Positions 60,501 through 64,000 of a DNA stretch of 64,000 nucleotides are shown piece by piece. Under the pieces are notes generated by a model. It searched no databases. It was not told the origin of the DNA and saw nothing but the letters and a program-made list of their open reading frames with translations. Position 1 is the stretch's first letter, and every line of letters begins with the position of its first letter. Source of the stretch: Eledone cirrhosa (Eukaryota). The DNA lies in NCBI GenBank assembly GCA_964016885.1, contig OZ024759.1, forward strand, positions 2,294,001-2,358,000. The letters are read 5' to 3'. The translations under genes were made by a program, and so were the position numbers.

Positions 60501-63500
60501 TAACATGACAAAGTCTATATTAGTAGCATGACAAAGTCTATATTAGTAACATGACAAAGTCTATATTAGTAACATGACAAAGTCTATATTAGTAACATGA
60601 CACAGTCTATATTAGTAACATGACAAAGTCTATATTAGTAGCATGACAAAGTCTATATTAGTAACATGACAAAGTCTATATTAGTAACATGACAAAGTCT
60701 ATATTAGTAACATGACAAAGTCTATATTAGTAACATGACACAGTCCATATTAGTAACATGACAAAGTCTATATTAGTAACATGACAAAGTCTATATTAGT
60801 AACATGACACAGTCTATATTAGTAACATGACAAAGTCTATATTAGTAGCATGACAAAGTCTGTATTAATAACATGACAGTCTATATTAGTAACATGACAA
60901 AGTCTATATTAGTAGCATGACACAGTCTATATTAGTAACATGACACAGTCTATATTAGTAACATGACACAGTCTATATTAGTAACATGACACAGTCTATA
61001 TTAGTAACATGACGAAGTCTATATTAGTAGCATGACAAAGTCTGTATTAGTAACATGACAGTCTATATTAGTAACATGACAAAGTCTATATTAGTAACAT
61101 GACAAAGTCTATATTAGTAACATGACAAAGTATATATTAGTAACATGACAAAGTCTATATTAGTAACATGACACAGTCTATATTAGTAACATGACAAAGT
61201 CTATATTAGTAGCATGACAAAGTCTGTATTAGTAACATGACAGTCTATATTAGTAACATGACAAAGTCTATATTAGTAACATGACAAAGTCTATATTAGT
61301 AGCATGACAAAGTCTATATTAGTAACATGACAAAGTCTATATTAGTAACATGACAACGTCGATATTAGTAACATGACAATGTCTATATTAGTAACATGAC
61401 AAAGTCTATATTAGTAACATGACAAAGTCTATATTAGTAACATGACAAAGTCTATATTAGTAACATGACAAAGTCTATATTAGTAACATGACAAAGTCTA
61501 TATTAGTAACATGACACAGTCTATATTAGTAACATGACAAAGTCTATATTAGTAACATGACAAAGTCTATATTAGTAACATGACACAGTCTATATTAGTA
61601 ACATGACAAAGTCTATATTAGTAGCATGACAAAGTCTGTATTAGTAACATGACAGTCTATATTAGTAACATGACAAAGTCTATATTAGTAGCATGACACA
61701 GTCTATATTAGTAACATGACACAGTCTATATTAGTAACATGACACAGTCTATATTAGTAAGATGACAAAGTCTATATTAGTAACATGACACAGTCTATAT
61801 AAGTAACATGACAAAGTCTATATTAGTATCATGACACAGTCTATATTAGTAACATGACACATTCTATATTAGTAACATGACAAAGTCTATATTAGTAACA
61901 TGACACAGTCTATATTAGTAACATGACACAGTCTATATTAGTAGCATGACAAAGTCTATGTTAGTAACATGACAAAGTCTATATTAGTAACATGACAAAG
62001 TCTATATTAGTAACATGACAGTCTATATTAGTAACATGACACAGTCTATATTAGTAACATGACACAGTCTATATTAGTAACATGACAAAGTCTATATTAG
62101 TAACATGACAAAGTCTATATTAGTAACATGACACAGTCTATATTAGTAGCATGACAAAGTCTATATTAGTAACATGACACAGTCTATATTAGTAGCCTGA
62201 CACAGTCTATATTAGTAACATGACAAAGTCTATATTAGTAACATGACAAAGTCTATATTAGTAACATGACAAAGTCTATATTAGTAACATGACAAAGTCT
62301 ATATTAGTAGCATGACAAAGTCTATATTAGTAACATGACAAAGTCTATATTAGTAACATGGCAAAGTCTATATTAGTAACATGACAAAGTCTATATTAGT
62401 AACATGACACAGTCTATATTAGTAGCATGACAAAGTCTATATTAGTAACATGACAAAGTCTATATTAGTAGCATGACACAGTCTATATTAGTAACATGAC
62501 AAAGTCTATATTAGTAACATGACAGTCTATATTAGTAACATGACACAGTCTATATTAGTAACATGACACAGTCTATATTAGTAACATGAGACAGTCTATA
62601 TTACTAACATGACAAAGTCTATATTAGTAACATGACACAGTCTATATTAGTAACATCACACAGTCTATATTAGTAACATGACAAAGTCTATATTAGTAAC
62701 ATGACACAGTCTATATTAGTAACATGACACAGTCTATATTAGTAGCATGACAAAGTCTATGTTAGTAACATGACACAGTCTATATTAGTAGCATCACACA
62801 GTCTATATTAGTAACATGACAAAGTCTATATTAGTAACATGACAACGTCTATATTAGTAACATGACAAAGTCTATATTAGTAACATGACAAAGTCTATAT
62901 TAGTAACATGACAGTGTATATTAGTAACATGACACAGTCTATATTAGTAACATGACACAGTCTATATTAGTAACATGACAAAGTCTATATTAGTAACATG
63001 ACAAAGTCTATATTAGTAACATGACACAGTCTATATTAGTAGCATGACAAAGTCTATATTAGTAACATGACACAGTCTATATTAGTAGCATGACACAGTC
63101 TATATTAGTAACATGACAAAGTCTATATTAGTAACATGACAAAGTCTATATTAGTAACATGACAAAGTCTATATTAGTAACATGACAAAGTCTATATTAG
63201 TAGTATGACAAAGTCTATATTAGTAACATGACAAAGTCTATATTAGTAACATGGCAAAGTCTATATTAGTAACATGACAAAGTCTATATTAGTAACATGA
63301 CAGTCTATATTAGTAACATGACACAGTCTATATTAGTAACATGACAAAGTCTATATTAGTAACATGGCAAAGTCTATATTATAACATGACAAAGTCTATA
63401 TTAGTAACATGACAAAGTCTATATTAGTAACATGACACAGTCTATATTAGTAACATGACAAAGTCTATATTAGTAACATGACAAAGTCTATATTAGTAAC

Positions 63501-64000
63501 ATGACAAAGTCTATATTAGTAACATGACAAAGTCTATATTAGTAGCATGACAAAGTCTATATTAGTAACATGACAAAGTCTATATTAGTAACATGACAAA
63601 GTCTATATTAGTAACATGACACAGTCTATATTAGTAACATGACAAAGTCTATATTAGTAGCATGACAAAGTCTATATTAGTAACATGACAAAGTCTATAT
63701 TAGTAACATGACAAATTCTATATTAGTAACATGACAAAGTCTATATTAGTAACATGACAAAGTCTATATTAGTAACATGACACAGTCTATATTAGTAACA
63801 TGACAGTCTATATCAGTAACATGACAGTCTACATTAGTAACATGACAAAGTCGATATTAGTAACATGACAATGTCTATATTAGTAACATGACAAAGTCTA
63901 TATTAGTAACATGACAAAGTCTATATTAGTAACATGACAAAGTCTATATTAGTAACATGACACAGTCTATATTAGTAACATGCCAAAGTCTATATTAGTA
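54575..64000 (+). repeat. Long-range duplication, offset 6761 bp (~54575-57239 repeated at ~61336-64000, cut by the window end)
   Basis: Four rare variants share the 6761 offset: GACAACGTCG 54591/61352, GTAGCCTG 55431/62192, CAGTGTAT 56151/62912 and GCCAAAG 57221/63982. Confidence 0.93.
56960..59350 (+). repeat. Duplication with offset 1596 bp (~70 monomers)
   Basis: ATCAG 57051/58647, GCCA 57221/58817 and CAAAGTATAT 57541/59137 share the 1596 offset. Confidence 0.88.

Larger units (their letters stand above)
1..64000 (+). repeat. Tandem satellite array, 23-bp monomer AGTAACATGACAAAGTCTATATT, ~2,800 copies, single orientation, running off both window edges
   Basis: Every line is a permutation of the same unit. 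The frequent variants are GACAAAGTC/GACACAGTC, AGTAAC/AGTAGC and the 21-bp form AGTAACATGACAGTCTATATT. A 22-bp form (TATTATAACATG) is rarer. The copy number is 64000 divided by a mean unit of ~22.8 bp. Confidence 0.99.

Noticed and set aside
1-64000. CRISPR array (23-bp repeat with partial dyad symmetry)
   Set aside because: Repeats abut directly with no unique spacers, and there is no leader or cas gene.
1-64000. Protein-coding repeat ORF (ATG in nearly every monomer)
   Set aside because: The plus strand has TAG, TAA and TGA in each unit and the minus strand has TAG and TAA. The 23-bp period rotates the frame, so all six frames close within a few monomers.
1-64000. Telomerase-made telomeric repeat (Candida albicans has a 23-bp unit)
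   Set aside because: The sequence does not resemble that unit and has no G-rich strand (3 G, 3 C). Variants are copied in kb-scale blocks, which indicates recombination rather than templated addition.
1-64000. Plasmid iterons or viral origin repeats
   Set aside because: Those comprise a few to tens of copies beside replication genes, not thousands of copies with no coding DNA.
1-64000. Information-bearing code or synthetic data storage in the A/C and A/G variant pattern
   Set aside because: Nested duplication plus point mutation explains the pattern, and the block lengths add up accordingly. No reading mechanism or designed framing is visible.
1-64000. Pure sequencing artefact such as a rolling-circle concatemer
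   Set aside because: A concatemer would show one fixed period with random errors. Here specific variants recur at many different exact offsets, although individual blocks could still be mis-assembled.

Overview
The whole 64 kb window is one uninterrupted, head-to-tail tandem array of a 23-bp AT-rich monomer, consensus AGTAACATGACAAAGTCTATATT (26% GC). There are roughly 2,800 copies, with 21-bp (2-nt deletion) and 22-bp (1-nt deletion) variants. I see no genes, RNA genes, transposons, CRISPR spacers, inversions or unique sequence. It looks like eukaryotic satellite DNA, but the organism and chromosomal role cannot be determined from the sequence. The structure of interest is internal. Variant monomers occur in fixed-order cassettes that recur in nested higher-order duplications, with hand-measured offsets of 205, 230, 525, 643, 663, 1167, 1186, 1257, 1554, 1596, 3011, 4804, 5578, 6082, 6197 and 6761 bp. 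The array is zoned, with a variant-rich distal domain after about 51.3 kb. The monomer is a chain of short dyads whose common variation falls mostly in one dyad spacer. I found no supportable new gene-based system. Offsets come from diagnostic variants read by eye, and block boundaries are approximate.
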